A stretch of 64,000 nucleotides of DNA from Elusimicrobium minutum (lineage in GTDB: Bacteria > Elusimicrobiota > Elusimicrobia > Elusimicrobiales > UBA9959), in contig DYIF01000009.1 of assembly GCA_020723765.1 (NCBI GenBank), positions 6,583 through 70,582 of the forward strand, given 5' to 3'. The notes under the pieces are model-generated. The model did no database searches. It saw nothing but the letters and a program-made list of their open reading frames with translations, and was not told the origin of the DNA. Position 1 is the stretch's first letter, and each line of letters starts with the position of its first letter. The translations under genes and the position numbers were made by a program. Of this stretch, positions 9,906-19,736 are shown piece after piece.

Positions 9906-10621
9906 AAATGCAATTTATCGTTTCATCCGAGATATCGAACAAAGAATTTTTGTTAGACGAAGAAGAGTCTTTCCATTTGAAAAAAGTTTTAAGGCTGAAA
10001 ATCGGGGATGAGGTAAAGGTTTTCGATGGGAAAAATAAATGGGTTTGCGAGATAATCGAATTTAAAAACGATAAAGTCTTTTTAAGGCCGATAATAAAAA
10101 TCCAATCGGCCGTGAAAAAAATCAAATTAAATCTTTATTTTCCTTTCATAGAAAAAAAACATTTCGAATATGTTTTGAAAACCGCGACCGAAATCGGGGT
10201 AGATTCTTTTACGCCGATAATTTCGGAATATACTCAAAAACATTTCGTTTTCGATATCGAATCTAAAAAAGAAAGGCTCGAGGAGATAATAAAATCGGCG
10301 GTAAAACAAAGCGAAAGAGACTCGTTTCCCGAGATAAAAAATCCGATAAATTTTAAAGATATTTTTGAAAAAAATATAAAAATAATGGTAATGTCGAAAA
10401 CCGAGATAAACGGTAAACTCTTTAAACTAACCGAGGCTTTGGAAAATTTTAAAGACGAGATTAACGTTTTAATAGGTCCCGAGGGGGGATTTTCCGAATC
10501 GGAGTTGTCTTACATGAAAGAAAATTTTTATCCCGTAAAAATTTCGGATAACGTGTTAAGGTCGGAAACGGCGGCTATCGGCGGTGTTTGCGCCATTATC
10601 GGAGTTATTGGCGAAAAATGA
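9902..10621 (+). CDS. rsmE: 16S rRNA (uracil1498-N3)-methyltransferase RsmE
   Basis: It has a PUA-like N-terminus, a C-terminal [10 protein letters not shown] motif and LRSETAAI. Its position after dnaJ matches the Bacillus yqeU arrangement. Confidence 0.85.
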   Translation: MKMQFIVSSEISNKEFLLDEEESFHLKKVLRLKIGDEVKVFDGKNKWVCEIIEFKNDKVFLRPIIKIQSAVKKIKLNLYFPFIEKKHFEYVLKTATEIGVDSFTPIISEYTQKHFVFDIESKKERLEEIIKSAVKQSERDSFPEIKNPINFKDIFEKNIKIMVMSKTEINGKLFKLTEALENFKDEINVLIGPEGGFSESELSYMKENFYPVKISDNVLRSETAAIGGVCAIIGVIGEK

Positions 10622-11838
10622 AGTTTTACATAAAAACATTCGGTTGCAGGGTAAATCAGATAGAAAGCGAAAGCGTAGCGGAAGAGCTTATAAAATGCGG
10701 GATTTATTACGACGAAAAAAACTTCGACATCCTTATAATAAATTCTTGTTGCGTTACCGAGAAAACGGAAAAAGAGATAATAAAATATATTAAAAAATCG
10801 CTGGATTTGAAGCCGTTTATCCAAATAATCGTAACCGGTTGTTTTGCGACGGTTTTTAAAGAAAAGATAGAAGAGATAAGCAAAAACATAAAAATTTTCT
10901 CCAATTCCAACAAATCGGATATAATAAAAACTCTTACGGGAAAAGAAACAAACCGATTGTTTAGAATAGAAGGTTTTAAATCGAGAACCAGAGCGTTTGT
11001 AAAGGTTCAGGACGGTTGCGATTTAAGATGTTCTTATTGCATAGTGCCGATTGCGAGAAACGAAATGATATCAAAACCCTTATCTAATGCGGTTGAAGAA
11101 ATAAATAACCTCGTTTTAAAAGGTTATAAAGAAATAGTTCTTTCCGGGACCAGATTGGGAGCTTACGACGACGAGGGGAAAAGGTTAAACCATCTTTTAA
11201 AGAAAATATCGGATATTAAAGGAAATTTTAGAATAAGACTTTCTTCTTTGGAACCGATGGAAATAAACGAAGAATTGTGCGAGATATGCTCCGATTCTTC
11301 AAGATTTTGTTCTTATTTCCATATTCCTTTGCAAAGCGGAAGCGACGAAGTTTTGAAAAAAATGAGAAGACCTTATAATATAAATTTTTTTTCTAATAAA
11401 TTGGATTTGATAAGAAAAAAAATAAAAGATGTCGGAATATATTCGGATGTGATAGTCGGGTTTCCCGGCGAAAGCGAAAAAGATTTCTTAAATTCGGTTA
11501 ATTTCATAAAACAAGCGGAGCTTTCGGGGCTTCATGTTTTTACTTATTCTAAAAGGCCGAAAACCGAATCTTTTTATATGGAAGATTTAGGATACGAAGT
11601 TAAAAAAAAGAGATCTCAAATTATGCATGATCTGGATAAAGAGTTAAGAAAAAATTTCGGTTTAAAAATGATAGGCAAGAATATAGATTCGGTGGTAATA
11701 AGAGAAAAAAAAGGAGTTTTTTGGGCTTTGACTTCAAATTTTCTCGAAGTATCTTTAAAAAATAAAGCCGAGGTAAATGCCAGAGCCGATGTTACGATAA
11801 CCGATTTTAAAAACGGAATAGTTTATGGCGAGTTATAA
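10618..11838 (+). CDS. mtaB: MiaB-like tRNA methylthiotransferase (MtaB family)
   Basis: The N-terminus reads FYIKTFGCRVNQ, the radical SAM motif is CDLRCSYCIVP, and there is a C-terminal TRAM-like domain. The ATG at 10618 overlaps the rsmE TGA. The synteny matches the B. subtilis dnaK operon (yqeV). Confidence 0.85.
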   Translation: MKFYIKTFGCRVNQIESESVAEELIKCGIYYDEKNFDILIINSCCVTEKTEKEIIKYIKKSLDLKPFIQIIVTGCFATVFKEKIEEISKNIKIFSNSNKSDIIKTLTGKETNRLFRIEGFKSRTRAFVKVQDGCDLRCSYCIVPIARNEMISKPLSNAVEEINNLVLKGYKEIVLSGTRLGAYDDEGKRLNHLLKKISDIKGNFRIRLSSLEPMEINEELCEICSDSSRFCSYFHIPLQSGSDEVLKKMRRPYNINFFSNKLDLIRKKIKDVGIYSDVIVGFPGESEKDFLNSVNFIKQAELSGLHVFTYSKRPKTESFYMEDLGYEVKKKRSQIMHDLDKELRKNFGLKMIGKNIDSVVIREKKGVFWALTSNFLEVSLKNKAEVNARADVTITDFKNGIVYGEL

Positions 11839-12286
11839 ACTCTGCGAAGATTGCGGATATAAAAACGATATTAATTCGATCTCTTGTTCTTTATGCGGTG
11901 GGAAAAAATTAAACTTAAAAGAAGAAAACAAAAGATCAAAAATAAAATATTATTTAATTTTTTTAGGTTTATTTTTTGTCCTTTTTTATGTTTTTTATAA
12001 TAGAAAAGAAAAGGCGGAGTTAAAAACCGAAGAAATCCCGGTTTTTGTTTCGGAAAAAAGGCCGATAAATTACTATACTTATCTGAGATCTTTAAAGAAA
12101 ATATCTCGCTTAAATCCGGACGAAAACGATGAAAAAGCTATAAAAAGAGCTTTAAATTACGAGGACAAGACAATAAAAGAAACGGCTTTGTTTGTTTTAA
12201 AAAAATGGTCTCAAAACCCGGGAATAAAAGAAGAAAAAAGAAAAGAATATTTGAGTCTGATAAATACCTCATCCGATAAAAAATAA
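11825..12286 (+). CDS. Zinc-ribbon membrane protein, function unknown
   Basis: An N-terminal CEDCGY...CSLCGG zinc-ribbon motif is followed by one hydrophobic helix (YYLIFLGLFFVLFYVFY). Confidence 0.5.
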   Translation: MASYKLCEDCGYKNDINSISCSLCGGKKLNLKEENKRSKIKYYLIFLGLFFVLFYVFYNRKEKAELKTEEIPVFVSEKRPINYYTYLRSLKKISRLNPDENDEKAIKRALNYEDKTIKETALFVLKKWSQNPGIKEEKRKEYLSLINTSSDKK

Positions 12287-12369
12287 AAATTAGTCTAAAA
12301 TTTCGTAATATTAGCCGATTTATTTGAAAAAATATTTTATAATTTGTATATTGATATTAGGAGATTTTT

Positions 12370-14223
12370 ATGAATAAAAACAATAACAAGAAAGTTAACA
12401 TTAAAAAGAAAAATCTTACCGTTGTCAGATTCGCGGGAGACAGCGGAGACGGAATACAATTGGTAGGAAGCCAGTTTGCAAACGCCACCGCTATAAGCGG
12501 AAATGTTTTGTCCACTCTTCCGGATTATCCGGCGGAGATAAGAGCTCCTCAAGGAAGTTTGGGGGGAGTTAGCGGGTTTCAGGTCGCTTTTGGAGACGAC
12601 TCGGTTAAAAATCCGGGCGGGAAAGCCGATTTTCTTGTCGTTATGAATCCCGCGGCGTTAAAGGTTAATTTAAAGTATCTGGATAAGGGCAGCATAATAA
12701 TAGCCAATTCGGGAAATTTTACCGAGGAAAATCTTAAGAAAGCCGGTTATGAGAAAAATCCCCTGGAAGACGGATCTCTTTCCAACTATCGGGTTATATC
12801 CATAGACGCAAACCATCTTGTGGAGGAGGCTCTTAAAGACAGCGGACTCTCAAGAACCGAAATACTTAAAACAAAAAATTTTTTGATGTTAGGAATACTT
12901 TACTGGATGTTCGACCTTCCGATAGAGGTAACGGTAAAATGGATAGAGGAAAAGTTTTCCAAAAAACCCGTAATAATGGAGGCGAATAAAAAGGTGCTTT
13001 TTGCGGGGTATAACTATGCGGAAAACACCGAGATATTCGACGCCAAATATAAGATAGAAAAAGGAAACTTAACCAAAGGAACTTATCATAACATAACCGG
13101 AAACGAAGCGGTTTGCTACGCTTTGATAGCGGCGGCCAAGAAGCTGGGTAGAAAATGTTTTTACGGCTCATACCCCATAACGCCGGCAAGCGAGATACTT
13201 CATACGTTTGCAAAACTTAGAAAAAGAGATGTCGTCGTTTTTCAAGCCGAGGATGAGATAGCGGCGGTATGTTCTTCAATAGGCGCGGCTTTTGCCGGAT
13301 GTCTTGCAAGCACCGGAACGAGCGGTCCCGGACTTGCGCTTAAAGTGGAAGCTTTGGGGCTTGCGGTAATAAGCGAGCTTCCCCTGGTTATCGTGGATGT
13401 CCAGAGAGGCGGACCTTCGACGGGACTTCCTACAAAAACGGAGCAGTCGGACCTTTTCCTTTCCGTTTTCGGCCGTCACGGGGATTCTCCTCTGGTGGTT
13501 ATGGCGGCGACAAGCCCGAGCGATTGTTTCGATACGGTATACGAAGCCTCAAGAATCGCGGTTAAATATATGACGCCCGTTATAGTTTTGACTTCGGCAT
13601 ACATAGCTCAAGGTTCAGAGCCTTTCAGAATACCTTCGGATAAGGAGTTGAAGAGCTTCGAGTATATGACTCTTCCCGAGCCGGAGAATTTTAAGCCTTA
13701 TATGAGAAATAATGAAACCCTTTCAAGGCCCTGGGCTTATCCTCCTTTGAAAGGTTACGAGCATAGAATAGGCGGTCTTGAAAAATCCAATATAGAAGGA
13801 AACGTAAGCTACGATCCCGATAACCATCAGATAATGACCGACATTAGAAAAGAAAAAATAAACAGAATAGCCGGAGAAATCCCACCGATTCAGATTCACG
13901 GCGATAAAAACTCGGATTTGCTTATAGTCGGCTGGGGTTCGACTTACGGAGCTATAACAAGCGCGGTATCGAAAGCCGTAGCGAACGGAATGAAAGCGGC
14001 TTCCATTAACATAAAATATCTAAATCCGCTTCCTAACGACCTTGAAGATATATTAAAATCATATAAAAAAGTGGTAGTCGTCGAAGAGAATACGGGGCAG
14101 TTTGCTTATATGTTAAGAGCCAACTACCTTTTGGATGTTGTTTCGAAAACGAAAGTTACTGGACAACCTTATACCACCGAAGAGGTTTATAGCATAATAG
14201 AATCCGAAATAAAAAAGTTTTAA
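12370..14223 (+). CDS. korA: 2-oxoacid:ferredoxin oxidoreductase, fused gamma/alpha subunit (KorA-like)
   Basis: The gamma-domain N-terminus (RFAGDSGDGIQLVG...LPDYPAEIRAP) is followed by an alpha domain (GSYPITPASEIL). It is paired with a TPP-binding beta subunit. Confidence 0.85.
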   Translation: MNKNNNKKVNIKKKNLTVVRFAGDSGDGIQLVGSQFANATAISGNVLSTLPDYPAEIRAPQGSLGGVSGFQVAFGDDSVKNPGGKADFLVVMNPAALKVNLKYLDKGSIIIANSGNFTEENLKKAGYEKNPLEDGSLSNYRVISIDANHLVEEALKDSGLSRTEILKTKNFLMLGILYWMFDLPIEVTVKWIEEKFSKKPVIMEANKKVLFAGYNYAENTEIFDAKYKIEKGNLTKGTYHNITGNEAVCYALIAAAKKLGRKCFYGSYPITPASEILHTFAKLRKRDVVVFQAEDEIAAVCSSIGAAFAGCLASTGTSGPGLALKVEALGLAVISELPLVIVDVQRGGPSTGLPTKTEQSDLFLSVFGRHGDSPLVVMAATSPSDCFDTVYEASRIAVKYMTPVIVLTSAYIAQGSEPFRIPSDKELKSFEYMTLPEPENFKPYMRNNETLSRPWAYPPLKGYEHRIGGLEKSNIEGNVSYDPDNHQIMTDIRKEKINRIAGEIPPIQIHGDKNSDLLIVGWGSTYGAITSAVSKAVANGMKAASINIKYLNPLPNDLEDILKSYKKVVVVEENTGQFAYMLRANYLLDVVSKTKVTGQPYTTEEVYSIIESEIKKF

Positions 14224-14234
14224 CGGAGGATAAA

Positions 14235-15215
14235 ATGAACAAACTTACGCCCAACGATTTCGCTTCCAATCTGCCGGTCAAATGGTGTCCCGGTTGCGGA
14301 GATTTCGCCATACTTACGTCGGTTAAAAAAGCCATGGCCGAAATAGGATTGCCTCATGAAAAATATGTGGTGGTTTCCGGAATAGGATGCTCAAGCAGAT
14401 TCCCTTATTACGTCAATACCTACGGTTATCATACAATTCACGGAAGAGCCATACCCATAGCCACGGGAGTTAAACTTTCTAATCCCGATCTTATGGTTTT
14501 TGTCGTTACAGGAGATGGTGACGCAATGTCCATAGGCGGGAATCACTTGATGCACGGTATAAGAAGAAACATAGGTCTTAAGGTTTTGATGTTTAATAAC
14601 AGAATATATGCTCTTACAAAAGGACAGGCTTCGCCGACCACTCAAAAAGGATCCAAAACCAAAACTACACCCGCCGGAAATAACGATTATTCTTTTAATC
14701 CAATAGCGCTTGCCGTCAGCTTGGGTTCTCCTTTCGTGGCAAGAAGCATGGATTCGGATCTTAATTCCACTTCTTCTATAATAGTCGAGGCTTCCAAAAA
14801 CGAAGGGTTTGCTTTCGTGGAAATAATACAGAAATGCGTCGTTTTTACGGATAAAGAGTTCGATATATTTAAAAACCCCGAAACTAAAGACGAGGTTTCT
14901 TTAAAAATAGAAAACGGCAAACCTATGATATTTGGAAAAAACAAAAACAAGGCCGTCGTGATAGAAAAAAGCGGACCTAAAATAGTAGAATTCGACCCGA
15001 CAAATCCGCCTTCCAATCTTACCGTTTACGATAGCTCGGATATAAATATGGCCAGAATCGTATCTTCCTTAACTCCTCCTGATTTTCCTCTTCCTTTCGG
15101 AATATTTTTGAAAGTGGAGAAAAAGTCTTACGAAAATATGTATTATGAAGAAGCGAATAAAGATATAGACGGGATAGACGTACTTTTGGGAGAAAATTCT
15201 TACGAGATAAATTAA
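14235..15215 (+). CDS. korB: 2-oxoacid:ferredoxin oxidoreductase beta subunit (TPP-binding, KorB-like)
   Basis: WCPGCGDF, GIGCSSR and the TPP motif VVTGDGDAMSIGGNH. Confidence 0.85.
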   Translation: MNKLTPNDFASNLPVKWCPGCGDFAILTSVKKAMAEIGLPHEKYVVVSGIGCSSRFPYYVNTYGYHTIHGRAIPIATGVKLSNPDLMVFVVTGDGDAMSIGGNHLMHGIRRNIGLKVLMFNNRIYALTKGQASPTTQKGSKTKTTPAGNNDYSFNPIALAVSLGSPFVARSMDSDLNSTSSIIVEASKNEGFAFVEIIQKCVVFTDKEFDIFKNPETKDEVSLKIENGKPMIFGKNKNKAVVIEKSGPKIVEFDPTNPPSNLTVYDSSDINMARIVSSLTPPDFPLPFGIFLKVEKKSYENMYYEEANKDIDGIDVLLGENSYEIN

Positions 15216-15305
15216 GCTCGATTTAAAAAAGGGGGTATATTTATTAGTAAAAATGAAATAAATATTTAATATAATAGTTTTATAATAGTTTATTGAGATT
15301 TTTAT

Positions 15306-16457
15306 ATGAAGAAATATTTTAAAAGTTTTTTTCCCGAAGACGAAATTTTGGGGATAGACATCGGGAGTTATTCCATAAAATTCGTCCTTTTTTCAAAAAA
15401 TAACGATAAAGTGATTTTAAAAAATTGGGGTTATGTTCCTCTTTTTCTGAAAGATAATACGGACCCCGCCGAAAAAAAAGCTATAATCGCCGACGAAATA
15501 TCGAAATATGTAAAAAAATCGGGCATAAAAACAAAATACGCGGCGACTTCGGTTTCCGGCAATTCGGTAATAATAAGATACATAAAACTGCCCAAGATAG
15601 ACGATAAAGAGCTAAAAGATAAAATATACGCCGAAGCGGAAGCGTTCATACCTTTCGACATAAACGAAGTTTATCTCTCTTATTATGTGACAAATCCATC
15701 CATATTCGAAGAAGGCCAAAACAAAATCGAATTGGTTTTAGTCGCCGCTAAAAAAGAAATAGTCGACGAAAAGATAGAAATAATAAACTCCTCCGGTCTT
15801 ATTCCGGTTTTGATTGACGTGGATAGCTTCGCTTTAGAGACCCTTATAAATAAAATAGAAGGAGATCCCAAAGACGATTTCAAGTCAATAATGGCGATAA
15901 ATATGGGCAATAAAGTTACGAATCTGTCCATACTGATAAACAACCTTAACGTCGCCAGGGAAATCCCTCAAATTAAACCCGCTTACTACTCCAAGCTTGT
16001 AAGAGACATATTCGTGGCGGGAAATTCTTTCGACAGAGCCATATCTAAAAAAATGAACATAGACGCCGATAAGGTGGATGAGTTTAAAAAAACCGCCAAG
16101 GTTTTGCTTACGGACGACGATAAACTCGACGCGATAAAAAATTACGATAAATTTACCATACTTTCTTCCAAGGTAATTACGGGTGTCATGAAGGAACTTG
16201 TAAACGACATATCGAGGTCCATAGATTTTTTTATTTCAAGCGGGGTTGAAGCCAACATATCAAAGATATATCTATGCGGAGGAGTGTCTTCCATAAAAAA
16301 CATAAACATGTATTTATACGACGAACTTAAGATACCCGTGGAGTATCTAAATCCTTTTTCCATAGTGGAAAATAAGCCTTCAAATATTCCTCCTCATATA
16401 TTAAATTCTCTCTCGGTGGCGGCCGGTCTATCTTTAAGGAGGATAGAAGATTTATGA
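15306..16457 (+). CDS. pilM: Type IV pilus assembly ATPase-fold protein PilM
   Basis: It has an actin-like fold N-terminus (LGIDIGSYSIKFV) and precedes the pilN/O/Q-like genes. Confidence 0.85.
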   Translation: MKKYFKSFFPEDEILGIDIGSYSIKFVLFSKNNDKVILKNWGYVPLFLKDNTDPAEKKAIIADEISKYVKKSGIKTKYAATSVSGNSVIIRYIKLPKIDDKELKDKIYAEAEAFIPFDINEVYLSYYVTNPSIFEEGQNKIELVLVAAKKEIVDEKIEIINSSGLIPVLIDVDSFALETLINKIEGDPKDDFKSIMAINMGNKVTNLSILINNLNVAREIPQIKPAYYSKLVRDIFVAGNSFDRAISKKMNIDADKVDEFKKTAKVLLTDDDKLDAIKNYDKFTILSSKVITGVMKELVNDISRSIDFFISSGVEANISKIYLCGGVSSIKNINMYLYDELKIPVEYLNPFSIVENKPSNIPPHILNSLSVAAGLSLRRIEDL

Positions 16458-16996
16458 TAAAAATAAATCTTACTCCGAGAATCTACGTGGATAAAATTTA
16501 TTCGAGCATATTTGTGGCCAAGATATTGCTTTTCTCGGGTATAATAATTTCGGTTTTTGCGGCGTTGTCGGTAGTAAGATATACCTCTTTAAAAGGCCTT
16601 GAAATGGATTACGCTTCTTTGGAACAGGAATATAAAAATTTAAACGAAAAAGTGGCTCAATCCAAAATTTTAGAGGCTAAGATAAAAGAAATAGATAATT
16701 ATATATCGGCTGTAGATAAGCTTAATAAAAATAGATTTTTGTATGTGGCCTTTTTGCAGGATATTATAAATAATCTTCCGGATACGGTGTGGTTCGGCGG
16801 AATAGATGCGAAAAACAGGGGAGATTTTATAGAGGTTTCGATAAATCTTAATTCCCATTCTCTTGAAGATTTATTGTGGTGGTACGCATTTCTCGATAAA
16901 GGGTCGAAAAGGTATTCCGAATTAAAAATAACCGATATAAATTTTAACGGGAGTTTTTACAATACTCAGCTGAGTTTTAGGTACGCTTATTTATGA
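16454..16996 (+). CDS. pilN: PilN-like bitopic pilus assembly protein
   Basis: INLTP N-terminus, a single TM helix and then a coiled coil. It has an ATGA overlap with pilM. Confidence 0.7.
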   Translation: MIKINLTPRIYVDKIYSSIFVAKILLFSGIIISVFAALSVVRYTSLKGLEMDYASLEQEYKNLNEKVAQSKILEAKIKEIDNYISAVDKLNKNRFLYVAFLQDIINNLPDTVWFGGIDAKNRGDFIEVSINLNSHSLEDLLWWYAFLDKGSKRYSELKITDINFNGSFYNTQLSFRYAYL

Positions 16997-17541
16997 ATAA
17001 ATTGCAAATAGATCAAAACGCGTTAACTAAAATAGTCGCCGTTGTCGTATTGGTCGGAGCCATTTTGTTTTCTTATCTTTATTTTTTCTGGTTTCCTATA
17101 TCCAAAAAAATAAACGATATGAGAGATAAGGTTTTGAAAATAGAAGCCGATATAAAAAAAGCCAAAGAAATAAGTTCCAAATACCCAGACCTTTCGAAAA
17201 AACTTAGCGAACTTGAAGCCGTAAAATCGGATATAGAAAAAAAACTTCCCAAAGAAAAAAATATGCCCGATTTGATGAAGACTATAAAAAAAATAGCGGA
17301 TAAGTATTCCGTAACCATTAATTCGATATCTCCTTCGACGGCCGTAAAAGAACAGTATTTTTTCAGAATAACTTATAATATGTCGGTAAAAGGGAGTTAT
17401 CACGATATAGCTTCCTTTTTTTCGGAGATATCTCTTCAAGAAAGAATTTTAAACGTGGAAAACGTATTAATAACCGCGGGAGACGTTTCCAATTCGAACT
17501 TTGTTTTGGTATCTTATCAGTATGAAGAGGTGAAAAAATAG
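16993..17541 (+). CDS. pilO: PilO-like pilus assembly protein
   Basis: A single TM helix, a coiled coil and a C-terminal ferredoxin-like segment. It sits between pilN and pilQ. Confidence 0.65.
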   Translation: MNKLQIDQNALTKIVAVVVLVGAILFSYLYFFWFPISKKINDMRDKVLKIEADIKKAKEISSKYPDLSKKLSELEAVKSDIEKKLPKEKNMPDLMKTIKKIADKYSVTINSISPSTAVKEQYFFRITYNMSVKGSYHDIASFFSEISLQERILNVENVLITAGDVSNSNFVLVSYQYEEVKK

Positions 17542-17545
17542 AGTT

Positions 17546-17989
17546 ATGATTATTTTTTTGATTTTAAATTTTTTCTTGCCGCTATCTTCTCAAAACCTAA
17601 AGCCAGATGTTTTCGTTTCCACTACCGCGTCTTCTTTAAACGAAATATATAAACCTTACGTTAAAAGAAATCCGATGATAGAGCCTCAAACTAAAGGATC
17701 CGTCACTTTGAAGTACGACATTAAATTTTCGACTTTTAATTTGAGATACGACGATCTTTCCGTAAAAGCGTTTTCATTGCAGGGAATAATAAAGTTTTTC
17801 GGTTCGAAAGAAGCCCTTTTGAAAAATACTATAAACGGAGAGATGTATATATTGAGGGACGGAAAGATTTACGACATAAAAAAAGTTCCCTTGAAAAATA
17901 TGACGGGAGAGATAAGAGGAAAATCAGTTTTAATAAAAAATATCGAGAAAAAAGAGGAAGCGGAACTTTTTTTAAACGAAAAGGAGTAA
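17546..17989 (+). CDS. Small secreted protein in the PilP position
   Basis: It has a signal-like N-terminus. The call rests on position only, with no lipobox Cys. Confidence 0.4.
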   Translation: MIIFLILNFFLPLSSQNLKPDVFVSTTASSLNEIYKPYVKRNPMIEPQTKGSVTLKYDIKFSTFNLRYDDLSVKAFSLQGIIKFFGSKEALLKNTINGEMYILRDGKIYDIKKVPLKNMTGEIRGKSVLIKNIEKKEEAELFLNEKE

Positions 17990-17992
17990 ATT

Positions 17993-19729
17993 ATGAAATT
18001 AATTTTAAGTTTAATGACGTTCTTCTCTTTTTATGCGCTCGGAGTCTCAGAGACCGTTATAGAGGACGTTTCTTTTAGCAAAAATATTTTAACCATAAAA
18101 TATTCGGGCGACAAAATAAAGTATTCGGTTAAAAATACTAAAAATCCTTCGGGAATTAATATCGAAATCTCAGGTTCGAGATTCAAAATACTAAAAGATC
18201 AGCCGGTTAATTCCGATACGGCGAAAAGAATATATACCTCTCAAAACGGCTCCGTTTCTTTAATAAGCGTAGAAACTTTAATGGATATAAAATATCTAAT
18301 ATCCGAAAAGGAAAAGGAAGTTAATGTGGCGCTTGAACCTAACGATTTCGGTAAGACTTATTCTCAGATAGAAGACGTAAAAGTCATTCCTCCGACCGAA
18401 AAGAAAAAAACTTCTTTTTCATCGGATAGAAAAGACATAATAGACATGCTTCCCAAATATAAAATAGATCTGGACTACTCGGATGTGGATGTCAGAGACG
18501 TTTTAAGGCATCTTGCCGCTAAAGCCGGAATTAACATCATATTTTCAAACGAGGTTGTCGGAACCATATCCGTTTCTTTGAGAGGCGTCCCATTCGACGA
18601 GGCGTTTAGAACCATTTTAAATATGAAAGGACTTGTAACCCAGCAGGTAGGCGATAACATTTTAAAGGTTTCGACTCCTCAAAAACTTTTAGACGAACAA
18701 AAAAATTCTTTTCTTCAGACAAAAGTATTTTTCTTAAACTACGTTAAAGCCTCCGATATAAAATCTCAAATAGAATCAATCGCTCAAGCCGAGGGAAGGA
18801 CCACTTCCAAGTGTAATGTGGACGAAACCAATAACGCTCTAATAGTTACCGATACGCCTTTAGGCATAGAACTTACCGAAAGACTCGTAAAGAAGTTGGA
18901 TAGAATGCCTAAACAGGTATTGATAGAGGCTAAACTTGTCGAGGTTTCCTTAGACAGCGGACTTCATACAGGAATACAATGGTCCGTTTCTGGAAATAGC
19001 AATGGAAATTACATAGGAGCAAACGATGCAAGTGCGGCTATAGGTCCTATTTCTCAATGGGGCGGAGCTAAAAGCATATCAGCAAATTATGAAGGTAGTT
19101 ACACAGGAACTCCTCCAAATCTTGTAGCTTCTAAAGGAGGGAGTGGAGTTGAGCTTCCTGCAAAAGAAATTTATGGAGCTTTTAGATTTGGAAGGATTAC
19201 ATCTAATTTTATGTTTGATGCTGTGATTTCCGCGGCGGCAAAAAAAGGTAAAGCCAAAGTTTTATCGAACCCAAAGATAGCAACCTTAAACAACAAGGAA
19301 GCGAGTATAAACATAACAAATCAAATACCTTATACCACTACTGAGATAACAAACACTTCCGGAGGTTCGGTTTCTTCCACCAAAGTCACATATGTTACAA
19401 CCGGAATAATTTTAAAAGTTTTGCCGACGATAACTTCGGACGGAAGAATAGTTATGAAAGTAAATCCCACAGTTTCTCAGCCTTCTCAGGCGGCGCAGTT
19501 TCAACCACCTTCCGTGGATCAGAGAACCGCGGATACGACCGTAGTCGTTCAGGACGGTGAGACCGTGGTAATAGGCGGTTTGATACACGATAGCGAAAGC
19601 GAATATGAGTACAAGGTTCCGGTTTTGGGAGATATCCCGATAATCGGTTACGCTTTTAAGAAAAAAGGAAAAGAGAGAAACAGAATGGAGCTATTGATAT
19701 TTGTTACTCCGAAGGTTTTGGAAGATTAG
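17993..19729 (+). CDS. pilQ: Type IV pilus secretin PilQ
   Basis: A signal peptide and AMIN-like N-terminus are followed by an N0/STN-like segment (VRDVLRHLAAKAGINIIFS) and the secretin core (VLIEAKLVEVS, VLSNPKIATLNNKEA, LLIFVTPKVL). Confidence 0.9.
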   Translation: MKLILSLMTFFSFYALGVSETVIEDVSFSKNILTIKYSGDKIKYSVKNTKNPSGINIEISGSRFKILKDQPVNSDTAKRIYTSQNGSVSLISVETLMDIKYLISEKEKEVNVALEPNDFGKTYSQIEDVKVIPPTEKKKTSFSSDRKDIIDMLPKYKIDLDYSDVDVRDVLRHLAAKAGINIIFSNEVVGTISVSLRGVPFDEAFRTILNMKGLVTQQVGDNILKVSTPQKLLDEQKNSFLQTKVFFLNYVKASDIKSQIESIAQAEGRTTSKCNVDETNNALIVTDTPLGIELTERLVKKLDRMPKQVLIEAKLVEVSLDSGLHTGIQWSVSGNSNGNYIGANDASAAIGPISQWGGAKSISANYEGSYTGTPPNLVASKGGSGVELPAKEIYGAFRFGRITSNFMFDAVISAAAKKGKAKVLSNPKIATLNNKEASINITNQIPYTTTEITNTSGGSVSSTKVTYVTTGIILKVLPTITSDGRIVMKVNPTVSQPSQAAQFQPPSVDQRTADTTVVVQDGETVVIGGLIHDSESEYEYKVPVLGDIPIIGYAFKKKGKERNRMELLIFVTPKVLED

Positions 19730-19736
19730 AATCTAA

